53,349 nt of DNA from an uncultured archaeon (GTDB lineage Archaea; Iainarchaeota; Iainarchaeia; Iainarchaeales; GCA-2688035). Both the position numbers and the translations under genes were made by a program. The notes beneath the pieces are model-generated. The model did no database searches. It was not told the origin of the DNA and saw only the letters and a program-made list of their open reading frames with translations. Below are positions 9,564 to 17,370 of the stretch, piece after piece (position 1 is the first letter of the stretch; each line of letters begins with the position of its first letter). The stretch lies in contig CAYHBD010000029.1 of NCBI GenBank assembly GCA_964354805.1, positions 1 to 53,349 on the forward strand, written 5' to 3'.

Positions 9564-10564
9564 TTCTCCGTGATTTTTTCCTTTACTTTCATTCCAAAGT
9601 GCCTTCCTGCTTCTTCCACAAAGCCGAGCACTGCATCGCCTTTTTTCAGCTGCACTACTGAAACAGGGCTTCCATCCTGCTTGACCAAGCGAATTGTTTC
9701 AGCATTCTGCAGAACAAGCGAAACGCTTGAACCATTGCTGCTGCCTTCAACCAGAATCAATGGCCTTCTCTCAACCTTTGCCCTGCCGATCACTGCCTGT
9801 TCTGTATTGCCTTTTGAGTCAACAATCAAAACACTGTCGCCAGCTTTCAGTTCACTCAAATAATTTGTTTTTCCATCCAAATTCCTGATGTAAGCGTGAA
9901 CCGCGCCTGCATTCACCCTGAATGGCCTTGGCTCAACGTAAGGATTTTCAATGCTCTCGCTGTGGACAAGGAAAAACCCCGAGCTGCTGTTCCCTATAAG
10001 CATTCCCTGGCCCAAGCACATGTTGGTGCAGGTGTCAATGCAAACCCTGTCACCGCTGCTCAGCTGCTTTATGCTAGTGATTTCAATTTTTGCAAGCTGC
10101 AGCTTTTCGCTTTTGCCCTTTACCTCTTTTGCAGTGTCAATTATCTGCTGCACGTCTGTTGAATTGAGCAAAACTCCAGAAACACCCTTTTCCAAAACAC
10201 CCAAAGCTGTTTTTGCTTCGGCTGAATTGCTTACCTCTGCAATAATGCTGTCTGCCTGGGCAACAAGGTTCTCCAGCGGGATAATGCTCCAGTCACTTGT
10301 TTTCACAATGACTGTTTTTTTTCTTGCCAGCTTTGCCGCCCGCAATTCATCTTCCTTGCTGTTTATCTCCACTTCCATGACATCTCTTCCCAGGCGCATG
10401 GCATCGCTGTCCTCTGCAATAGTTGCAATAACTCCCAATTCCCTTATTTTTGCAGAAAGGCCTTTTGGCGCAACTATGGCGTCAGCTCCCTGCTCCAATG
10501 CGGTTGTAACAACCTTCTTGTTCCACTCGTTCAGCCTTACCCAGAATTTCTTCAATTTCAGCAC
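9560..10564 (-). CDS. aroB': 3-dehydroquinate synthase II (archaeal alternative pathway, MJ1249 family)
   Basis: WSIIPLENLVA, GDRVCIDTC, RPFRVNAGAVHAY, LQNAETIRL and GRHFG motifs. Confidence 0.95.
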   Translation of the reverse strand: MLKLKKFWVRLNEWNKKVVTTALEQGADAIVAPKGLSAKIRELGVIATIAEDSDAMRLGRDVMEVEINSKEDELRAAKLARKKTVIVKTSDWSIIPLENLVAQADSIIAEVSNSAEAKTALGVLEKGVSGVLLNSTDVQQIIDTAKEVKGKSEKLQLAKIEITSIKQLSSGDRVCIDTCTNMCLGQGMLIGNSSSGFFLVHSESIENPYVEPRPFRVNAGAVHAYIRNLDGKTNYLSELKAGDSVLIVDSKGNTEQAVIGRAKVERRPLILVEGSSNGSSVSLVLQNAETIRLVKQDGSPVSVVQLKKGDAVLGFVEEAGRHFGMKVKEKITEK

Positions 10565-10635
10565 CTTTTAATGAATTGATAGCAATTTAGTTATTTTAAC
10601 CATTTTGCTTTTCGCAATGCAAAGCCAATATTTGC

Positions 10636-10728
10636 TTATTTCAGCTCTTTTGCTGCCACAGGCGCATTTTTATTTATTTCAGCTCTTTGCTGCCCCCTGC
10701 ACTTGCTTATTTCAATTCTTTTGCCGCC
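10636..10728 (-). repeat. Three copies of the aroA' 3' end (AAKELK*)
   Basis: ttatttcagctcttttgctgcc (10636-10657), ttatttcagctctttgctgcc (10674-10694) and the genuine ttatttcaattcttttgccgcc (10707-10728). Confidence 0.85.
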
Positions 10729-11495
10729 TTTTCAGCGCTCTCTCCCTCGTGGACAACCTTGCACACTGCTCTTACGAAAGCCGCCGGGTTTTTGTGCTGG
10801 AAGCTGTTCCTGCCCATTGCAACTCCGCTGCCGCCGGCTTGAAGGCTTTCCTCAATCTTTTTGAGGCAATCCAATTCATTGCCTTTGCTTCCGCCTGCAA
10901 TAATCACAGGAACAGGGCAGCCTTTTACAACCTGCCTAAAGCTGTCAATACTGCCGGTGTAGTTTGTTTTGACAATGTCTGCGCCAAGTTCTGCTCCAAC
11001 GCGGGCAGCAAGCTTTACTGCTCCAACATCCTTGTCGTCCTTTACATTGGGGCCGCGGGGATACATCATGGCAAGCAGTGGAACGCCCCACTCATTGCAT
11101 GCTTTTGCTGTTTCACCCAAATCAGCCAGCATTTCTGCCTCTGTTACCGCCCCTATGTTGATGTGAACTGAAACAGCATCTGCACCGAGCTTTAGAGCTT
11201 CCTCTACAGTGCAGACATTTATTTTCCTGTTGGGATCCGGGCCAGCGCTTGTTGAAGCGTTTAAGTGCACTATCAGGCCAATGTCTCTGCCGCTTCCCCT
11301 GTGCCCGCTTGTTACAATGCCCTTGTGCAAAACAATTGCGTTTGCCCCTCCTTCTGCAACCTTTTCAATTGTTGAGGATATGCCCTCAAGGCCCAGTATT
11401 GGGCCATCTGTTATTCCGTGGTCCATTGGGATTATCACTGTTCTGCCGCTCTTTCTGTCCATAATCCTTTCCATCCTGATTTTCTTTCCAATCAT
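10707..11495 (-). CDS. aroA': 2-amino-3,7-dideoxy-D-threo-hept-6-ulosonate (ADH) synthase (DhnA-type aldolase, MJ0400 family)
   Basis: [24 protein letters not shown] and GVAMGRN motifs; adjacent to DHQ synthase II; RBS GGAGGTGA before MIGKK. Confidence 0.93.
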   Translation of the reverse strand: MIGKKIRMERIMDRKSGRTVIIPMDHGITDGPILGLEGISSTIEKVAEGGANAIVLHKGIVTSGHRGSGRDIGLIVHLNASTSAGPDPNRKINVCTVEEALKLGADAVSVHINIGAVTEAEMLADLGETAKACNEWGVPLLAMMYPRGPNVKDDKDVGAVKLAARVGAELGADIVKTNYTGSIDSFRQVVKGCPVPVIIAGGSKGNELDCLKKIEESLQAGGSGVAMGRNSFQHKNPAAFVRAVCKVVHEGESAEKAAKELK

Positions 11496-11496
11496 T

Positions 11497-11680
11497 TCAT
11501 TCACCTCCAATTTTTTCCTCCAAATTTTTTCTCTTTTTTCCCCCAAATTTTTTGTTTCGATTTTTGATTTTCTTTTTTCCTGCGAGTTTTTGTTTTTTCT
11601 TTTTTTCCCAAAAATTTTTTTCTTTTTTTTTCCTCCGAATTTTTTTTTGTTTTATATTTATGTGTCTCCTTTTTTGTGCC
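11497..11680 (-). repeat. A-rich spacer with about 5-6 degenerate AAAAAATT(T)GGAGG units between the leader and aroA'
   Basis: Sense strand: ...aaaaaaattcggaggaaaaaa...aaaaaatttgggggaaaaaa...aaaaaatttggaggaaaaaattggaggtga. Confidence 0.6.
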
Positions 11681-11725
11681 AGGCCCAAAAACTAAAAATA
11701 AACCCTTTTTTTAGCTTAGGGCCTA
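11681..11725 (-). promoter_or_regulatory. Hairpin beginning in the stop codon of the aromatic leader peptide; U-rich 3' arm
   Basis: Sense AGGCCCUAAGCUAAAAA pairs with UUUUUAGUUUUUGGGCCU, about 16 bp with one internal loop. Confidence 0.7.
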
Positions 11726-11818
11726 CTTAAAATAGAAAAACCAATATCCGAAAAATCCGCTGCTGGCTCGCAAAAAATCGCTTGAAAAGAAGTTACAGTA
11801 TGCATTTGCGAGCTTCAT
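11723..11818 (-). CDS. Putative aromatic-operon leader peptide (31 aa; 8 Phe, 3 Tyr, 1 Trp)
   Basis: MKLANAYCNFFSSDFLRASSGFFGYWFFYFK*. 8 of the last 10 residues are aromatic. Same strand as and directly upstream of the aro/phe operon. Confidence 0.85.
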   Translation of the reverse strand: MKLANAYCNFFSSDFLRASSGFFGYWFFYFK

Positions 11819-11843
11819 ATTGACAATAATTATGGGCTGACGA

Positions 11844-11853
11844 TTTTTAAAAA
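11844..11853 (-). promoter_or_regulatory. TATA box for the aro leader/operon
   Basis: TTTTTAAAAA preceded by purine-rich AAAAAGCAAGG, about 25 nt upstream of the leader ATG (leaderless-mRNA spacing). Confidence 0.6.
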
Positions 11854-11916
11854 CCTTGCTTTTTGGCAACAAAAAGGAATATTAAGCACCTTGGGGTTAA
11901 TTTTAAGCGAGAAACA

Positions 11917-12135
11917 ATGGCAATGAGGAAAAGGTATTCTGTAAGGAAAGGGCGCAGCGGGCATGAGTATGCCCTGGGCGATGTAAGGGAGCCAGGGAAC
12001 CCCAACTGGAGGCCTGAAAGAAGGGCACTGAGAGGGGCCGTGCACAAATCTGTTGAAAGCGGACATGTGGCAGTTGGGCACGCAAGAGACCTCTACCTTG
12101 GGCAAAGGGCAAAAAAAGGCGATAGAAGGCAATAG
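11917..12135 (+). CDS. Small Arg-rich hypothetical protein
   Basis: MAMRKRYSVRKGRSG...QRAKKGDRRQ; first ATG of track ORF 11863-12135. Confidence 0.55.
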   Translation: MAMRKRYSVRKGRSGHEYALGDVREPGNPNWRPERRALRGAVHKSVESGHVAVGHARDLYLGQRAKKGDRRQ

Positions 12136-12197
12136 CTACTAAAGTTCAAGCCGGTTGACGCGCTGAGATACGAGTAAAAAGGTTGGTTTTGGCTCGG

Positions 12198-13223
12198 CTA
12201 TTCCGGCAGCCTTGTCTTTCCAGTGTTTACAATCAGCATTTTTTTGTCTTTGGGAAGCTTTTCCTTCATTTGCAGCATGAGGGCAAGGCCAGCAATTCCT
12301 GATGCTTCACAATTTATTCCCTGCGATTCAGCAATTTCAACTGCCCTGTCCAGATAGCTTTCCCTCACAATGTGGACATTGGAGCCGGGGCCGCAGAACC
12401 CGGCTGACCTGTAAAGCCTGATCCACTGCTCATCGTAATGCACAAAGGGCAGGTGCGGTGAATAGAGCTTGTCTGCATTGCTTTTTGGGTTGTTTGTTGT
12501 TGCCCCAAGAAAATTGCATTTTCTCAGGGTTTCAACATTGCCCTTAAAGCGCGGGTCATGGTTCTCTGTTGAAACCTCTTTTTTGTTTATGTTCAGTATG
12601 TTTTCATAAAGATTGCCTGTTCCAAAAGGGATGAAACAATACTCCGGAGAGCTGTTTATTATCTCATAGCTCATCCAATCAAAAAACCTTGTTGTTGGGT
12701 CAAGAGCCTGGTTTGAGGTTATATCAAGGCCGTTTGGGTTCTCTGTAAGCAACAGTATTTCCTTCCACTCAAACGGCTTCTTGCTCAAATTTGTTTCGAA
12801 TATTTCACATCGCAGCTTCTTCATTGCATCCAGAATTTTGGGGTCAATGCTGAAATCAACCAAAACCTTCAAACCAGGCAAATGGTATTTTCTGAACATG
12901 GTTTGGATTGCAATCGCAGCAGAACCGGAAGAAATTATGGACATCTGGGGCAGCTGGCCTTTGAGCTGGCCATTCTTCTTTGCAAGCAAAAAGTCCCTGT
13001 AGGTAACAACCATTTCCCATGCCATTCTGTCCTTGTGCGTTCCAGTTGGATTAACGCTTTCATCCTTCAGCCAGACATTGGAAAAGCCTGGAACCTTAAT
13101 CTGGGAAGTTGGTGTTGCAGGAAATTTTGGATTGTCGGGGGGAAACTCCGGCCTTTTCGGATCGTTCTCAGAAGCGACAACAATCGAACGCAGTATCTTC
13201 TCTTCTTTACCTGACAAGGCCAT
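12198..13223 (-). CDS. PLP-dependent enzyme, fold type II (threonine synthase/TrpB superfamily), function unknown
   Basis: VWLKDESVNPTGTHKDR (PLP Lys), ISSGSAA, IPFGTGNL, CEASGIAGLA and LIVNTG motifs. Confidence 0.85.
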   Translation of the reverse strand: MALSGKEEKILRSIVVASENDPKRPEFPPDNPKFPATPTSQIKVPGFSNVWLKDESVNPTGTHKDRMAWEMVVTYRDFLLAKKNGQLKGQLPQMSIISSGSAAIAIQTMFRKYHLPGLKVLVDFSIDPKILDAMKKLRCEIFETNLSKKPFEWKEILLLTENPNGLDITSNQALDPTTRFFDWMSYEIINSSPEYCFIPFGTGNLYENILNINKKEVSTENHDPRFKGNVETLRKCNFLGATTNNPKSNADKLYSPHLPFVHYDEQWIRLYRSAGFCGPGSNVHIVRESYLDRAVEIAESQGINCEASGIAGLALMLQMKEKLPKDKKMLIVNTGKTRLPE

Positions 13224-13269
13224 ATAATCCCACTAATGCAAAAAGCAATTTAAAATGCTGCTTTTGGAA

Positions 13270-14634
13270 TTAGAGCGGGGCGTTGGTTTTATCATGTTGC
13301 TTTACTTTCTCTGAGTAGAATTGCCTGCACACTTCGTCTGCAAACAGTGTTCCGAGAAGAGAGAGCTTTATTTTTCCATTGGATTCAAGCAAGCCAAGCT
13401 TTTTTAGCTGCCTTATTTTGGCGCTGATTTCCTTATTATATTTTTTATTCTCAATAGAGTACTTTAAACCAAAAATCACTTTTCTGTGCTCTTTCTCTTT
13501 TTCATCCAGACTGAAGCCCCTTGAAATGGGTAGTTTCCCGCTTTCCAAGGCAGGCAGATATTGGTTTAAGTCAAAACAGTTATAGTACTGCCAGCCATTA
13601 AAGTAAGAATATGCGCATGTTCCAACACCCAAAAGGTCAGTGTTCTGAAACCATTTTTGCCTCTGCTGCTTGTAATCGTAGTCAGCCTTGAGGGCAAACC
13701 AATCCACCGGCTCTTGCTTATAGCCTAACTGCCCCATACCTTTTAGAAACATCAAATGCAGCAAAAGAGCTTTTTTCTCCCCTGGAAGAATTTCGGGATT
13801 TTCCGCATACTGCACCTTCAGGGCTGACTCTGGCTTAACTGAGAGGTGGTAGTTTGTTACAGAGGGTGGCATTAGTTTTTCGATTGCTTTTAAGTCTGAA
13901 TAAATTTTTTCCTCGGAATAATGCGGCAGGCCCCTAATCAAATCAATGTTGATGTTGCTAAAGCCCCTTTTCCTTGCGGTTTCAAACGCATCAATTGCCT
14001 GCCTTGAATCATGCCTCCTGTTTATTGCTTTCAGGGTATTGTCATCAAATGATTGAACGCCAATGCTCAGCCTGTTCACATTGTGCTTTAGCATTAAATC
14101 AATCTTCTCTTTGCTTAGGGTCTCGGGGCTTGACTCAACAGTAAATTCCAGCCCCTGAAGAGGAAATTTCTTGTTCAGAAAACACAACAGGCTTTCCAGC
14201 TGGCTTGTTGAAAGATAAGTTGGAGTGCCGCCCCCAATGTAAACAGATTTCAGGACTGAATCTTTCAACTCTCTTTTATCAAATAGGATGCCAAGCTCCT
14301 TTTTGAGAGCGTTTAGATAGCGGTCAACTGCACCAGCATCTTGGTTCGCATAGATTTTGAAACCGCAGTAAATGCACTTGCCAGTGCAAAAAGGCAGATT
14401 GATATAAAGCGATATTTCCCTTTTCAGGTTCTCCCTATCGGGAAATATCATTTTGCCTTCAACTTGAGGCAGGGCTTTGAGAGGAGGATAAGTAACATTT
14501 ATTGCAGAGGAAGCCTTCATCTCCCTGTCCTTAACAATGCCACTGGCACTGAGCTTGCGCAAAGGAAAAGAATCCAGCAATTCAACAGAATCACGGAGCA
14601 AATCCTGATAGGGGCTCAAACTAGCTCTGGGCAT
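13270..14634 (-). CDS. HemN/HemW-like radical SAM protein
   Basis: LYINLPFCTGKCIYCGF (CxxxCxxC), YIGGGTP, NRLSIGVQSF and NIDLIRGLP motifs. Confidence 0.88.
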   Translation of the reverse strand: MPRASLSPYQDLLRDSVELLDSFPLRKLSASGIVKDREMKASSAINVTYPPLKALPQVEGKMIFPDRENLKREISLYINLPFCTGKCIYCGFKIYANQDAGAVDRYLNALKKELGILFDKRELKDSVLKSVYIGGGTPTYLSTSQLESLLCFLNKKFPLQGLEFTVESSPETLSKEKIDLMLKHNVNRLSIGVQSFDDNTLKAINRRHDSRQAIDAFETARKRGFSNINIDLIRGLPHYSEEKIYSDLKAIEKLMPPSVTNYHLSVKPESALKVQYAENPEILPGEKKALLLHLMFLKGMGQLGYKQEPVDWFALKADYDYKQQRQKWFQNTDLLGVGTCAYSYFNGWQYYNCFDLNQYLPALESGKLPISRGFSLDEKEKEHRKVIFGLKYSIENKKYNKEISAKIRQLKKLGLLESNGKIKLSLLGTLFADEVCRQFYSEKVKQHDKTNAPL

Positions 14635-14737
14635 TGAATATACTTCTGTTTAAAAAGCTTAAATTACTTTCCTAAAGAGCATTAAAAACCAACAAGCAAT
14701 TTAAAACATTGCCCTGTTAATTCTACTGTGGATTGCT

Positions 14738-15763
14738 ATGGCTACTTACAGGGAAGCTGGCGTTGACATCCAGAAAGCGAAGAGGATAAAGGAGCGGATA
14801 AAGCAGCTTGTCAGCTCCACTTTCAACAAGAGTGTTTTGCTTGAAAGCGGGGCATTTGGGGGCGCTGTGGATGCAAGCGCGCTGAAAAAGTTCAGGCAGC
14901 CTGTTCTGGTTAGCAGCGTTGATGGAGTTGGAACAAAAACAAAGATTGCTGTTGCAATGAACAAGTTTGATTCGCTTGGCTTTGACATTGTGAACCACAG
15001 CGCGAATGATATTGTCTGCCTTGGCGCAAAGCCATTGTTCTTTTTTGATTACATTGCAGCAAGCGAACTGAAACAGGAAACAGTGCTTGCGATTGTAGGG
15101 GGAATGAGCAAGGCATGCAGGCAACTTGATATGCCCCTTGTTGCAGGAGAAACCGCAGAAATGCCTGGAGTGTATGAAAAAGGGGAAATTGACATTGCTG
15201 GCAGCATTGTTGGGGCAGTGGAAAAGAAAAAAATCGTGGACGGGAAAAAAATAAAAAAGGGCGATGTTCTAATAGGATTGCCGAGCAATGGATTGCACAC
15301 AAACGGCTATTCGCTTGCGAGAAAGGTTTTTTTTGAGGAAGCGGGAAAAAGCGTGAATGATTTTTTGCCTGAACTGAATGCAACAGTGGGAGAAGCGCTG
15401 CTTGTTCCGCACAAGAATTATTCAAAAATTGTTCTGCAATTGATGCAGAAATTTGATTTGCACGGAATAGCGCACATTACGGGCGGCAGCTTTTACAAAA
15501 ACATTGGCAGGCTGCTACCAGAAGGATTGGGAGGGGAAATAAGCAAAAGCGCTTGGAGCGTTCCGCCATTGTTCAAAGTAATGCAGAAACTTGGGAAAGT
15601 GCCTGAAGAGGACATGTACCACACTTTCAACATGGGCATTGGAATGGTTTTAATTGTTGCAAAAAAAGAAAAGGTAAAAATTCTGCAGGCATTGAAAAAA
15701 ATGGGCGAAAAGCCTATTGAAATAGGGGAAATTGTTGGGGGCGAAGGCGTTACTGTTTCTTAA
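14738..15763 (+). CDS. purM: Phosphoribosylformylglycinamidine cyclo-ligase (AIR synthetase)
   Basis: TYREAGVD, DGVGTK, GETAEMPG, SNGLHTNGYS, AHITGG and TFNMGIG motifs. Confidence 0.97.
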   Translation: MATYREAGVDIQKAKRIKERIKQLVSSTFNKSVLLESGAFGGAVDASALKKFRQPVLVSSVDGVGTKTKIAVAMNKFDSLGFDIVNHSANDIVCLGAKPLFFFDYIAASELKQETVLAIVGGMSKACRQLDMPLVAGETAEMPGVYEKGEIDIAGSIVGAVEKKKIVDGKKIKKGDVLIGLPSNGLHTNGYSLARKVFFEEAGKSVNDFLPELNATVGEALLVPHKNYSKIVLQLMQKFDLHGIAHITGGSFYKNIGRLLPEGLGGEISKSAWSVPPLFKVMQKLGKVPEEDMYHTFNMGIGMVLIVAKKEKVKILQALKKMGEKPIEIGEIVGGEGVTVS

Positions 15764-16829
15764 TCTCTTTCACAATCGCTTGCCCCAGTTCTTTTGTTCC
15801 AACAACAGTTTCGCCTTTTTTTGCGATGTCCGCTGTCCTAAAACCTTTTTCCAGAACAGAGTTAACTGCGGCAAAAATTGCGTCATGCTCTTTCTGCAGG
15901 CCGAAGCTGTACTTGCACATCATTGCTGCTGAAAGAATCTGCGCAATGGGATTTGCCTTGTTCTGCCCGGCAATATCCGGTGCGCTGCCGTGAATAGGCT
16001 CAAACAGGCCGAATTTTTTATCATTCAGGGATGCTGATGGCAGCATTCCAATGCTCCCGGTAATCATGGCTGCCTCATCGCTCAAAATATCGCCAAACAT
16101 GTTTCCTGCGAGAATGACATCAAATTGCTTTGGGTTTTTTACAAGCTGCATTGCAGCGTTGTCAACGTACATGTGCTGCAGTTCAACCTTTGGGTAATTT
16201 TTTGCAATTTCTGTTACAACATTGCGCCACAAAACAGAGGACTGCAAAACATTTGCCTTGTCAATGCTGCAAACCTTTTTGTTTCTTTTCATCGCAGCCT
16301 CGAAAGCAACGAGGGCAATCCTTTCAACCTCCGGTTTTTTGTAAACCATTGTGTCAATGCCCTCTGCTGCACTAAGGCTCTTCGGCTGCCCGAAATAAAC
16401 ATCACCAGTAAGCTCCCTCACAATCAAAATATCGAAGCCCTGTCCGATTATGTCTGAACGCAAAGGCGAGGCTGCTGCAAGCGGCTTGAAAACAATTGCA
16501 GGCCTTAAATTTGCGTACAAATCAAATATTTTTCTCAAAGGCAAAAGCGCTGCCCTTTCCGGTCTTTCATCAACAGGCAGCTTGTCAGCTTCAGGATGCC
16601 CGACAGCACCGAAAAGGATTGCATTGCTCTTTTTGCAAATTGAAAGCGTGGCATCAGGCAGGCAGGTTTTGTGCTTTTTATAAGCTTCAAATCCAACCTG
16701 CGCTTCAGTGAATTCAAAATCAACTGAAAATTTTTCGGCAACCACTTTAAGGACATTAACCGCTTGGGGCATTATCTCCAACCCAATTCCATCCCCCGGC
16801 AGAACAGCGATTTTGAATTTTTTGCTCAT
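15750..16829 (-). CDS. leuB: 3-isopropylmalate dehydrogenase
   Basis: LPGDGIG, VRELTG, IDKANVL, NMFGDILSD and EPIHGSAPDIAG motifs. Confidence 0.97.
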   Translation of the reverse strand: MSKKFKIAVLPGDGIGLEIMPQAVNVLKVVAEKFSVDFEFTEAQVGFEAYKKHKTCLPDATLSICKKSNAILFGAVGHPEADKLPVDERPERAALLPLRKIFDLYANLRPAIVFKPLAAASPLRSDIIGQGFDILIVRELTGDVYFGQPKSLSAAEGIDTMVYKKPEVERIALVAFEAAMKRNKKVCSIDKANVLQSSVLWRNVVTEIAKNYPKVELQHMYVDNAAMQLVKNPKQFDVILAGNMFGDILSDEAAMITGSIGMLPSASLNDKKFGLFEPIHGSAPDIAGQNKANPIAQILSAAMMCKYSFGLQKEHDAIFAAVNSVLEKGFRTADIAKKGETVVGTKELGQAIVKEIKKQ

Positions 16830-16873
16830 TTTTTTGCCACCTGCTTTTTGAATTATTCCGCAATTGAATTAAA

Positions 16874-17368
16874 TTATTTTTTTGCCTCTTGCTTCACATA
16901 TTCCATTAAGCCGCCTAACTTAATTATTTTTTGGATGAAAGGCGGCATTGGCACTGCCTTGAATGATTGCCCTGTTGAAATGTTTCTTATCTCGCCTGCA
17001 GCAGCATCCACTTCAATCTCATTGCCCTGCATTATTTTTTGGCTTGCTTCCTTGCTTTCAAAAATCGGCAGGCCTGTGTTGATTGCATTCCTGTAAAAAA
17101 TCCTGGCAAAGTTTTCGGCAATAACGCATGAGATGCCGGCGTGCTTTATCGCAATTGGCGCGTGCTCCCTGCTGCTTCCGCACCCAAAATTCTTGCCAGC
17201 GACAATAATGTCGCCTTTCGAAATCTTTTTGGTAAATTCGTGGTCAATGTCCTCCATGCAATGCTGGGCAAGAATTGCAGGGTCATCTGTATTCAAATAT
17301 CTGGCAGGAATAATTACATCAGTGTCAACATTGTCCTTGAAACGCCAGGCTTTTCCCTTGAACTGCAT
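16874..17368 (-). CDS. leuD: 3-isopropylmalate dehydratase small subunit
   Basis: DNVDTDVIIPARYL, NFGCGSSREHA and FARIFYRNAIN motifs; start MQFKG. Confidence 0.96.
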   Translation of the reverse strand: MQFKGKAWRFKDNVDTDVIIPARYLNTDDPAILAQHCMEDIDHEFTKKISKGDIIVAGKNFGCGSSREHAPIAIKHAGISCVIAENFARIFYRNAINTGLPIFESKEASQKIMQGNEIEVDAAAGEIRNISTGQSFKAVPMPPFIQKIIKLGGLMEYVKQEAKK

Positions 17369-17370
17369 TT

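Noticed and set aside
10636-10728. Three short repeats with unique spacers resembling a mini-CRISPR
   Set aside because: The repeats are degenerate copies of the aroA' stop region, spacers are only 12-16 nt, and no cas genes are present.
11497-11688. 63-aa Lys-rich ORF (MGLAQKRR...) and the antisense Phe-rich ORF 11209-11730
   Set aside because: By-products of the poly-A/poly-T spacer, with no RBS or protein-like composition. The true leader differs in having an ATG at TATA distance and mixed F/Y/W codons.
12198-13223. Annotation as thrC
   Set aside because: Only fold-level motifs match; typical threonine synthase features are missing.
13270-14634. Annotation as a true coproporphyrinogen III oxidase (hemN)
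   Set aside because: No tetrapyrrole genes in the window and a non-canonical motif; left at family level.
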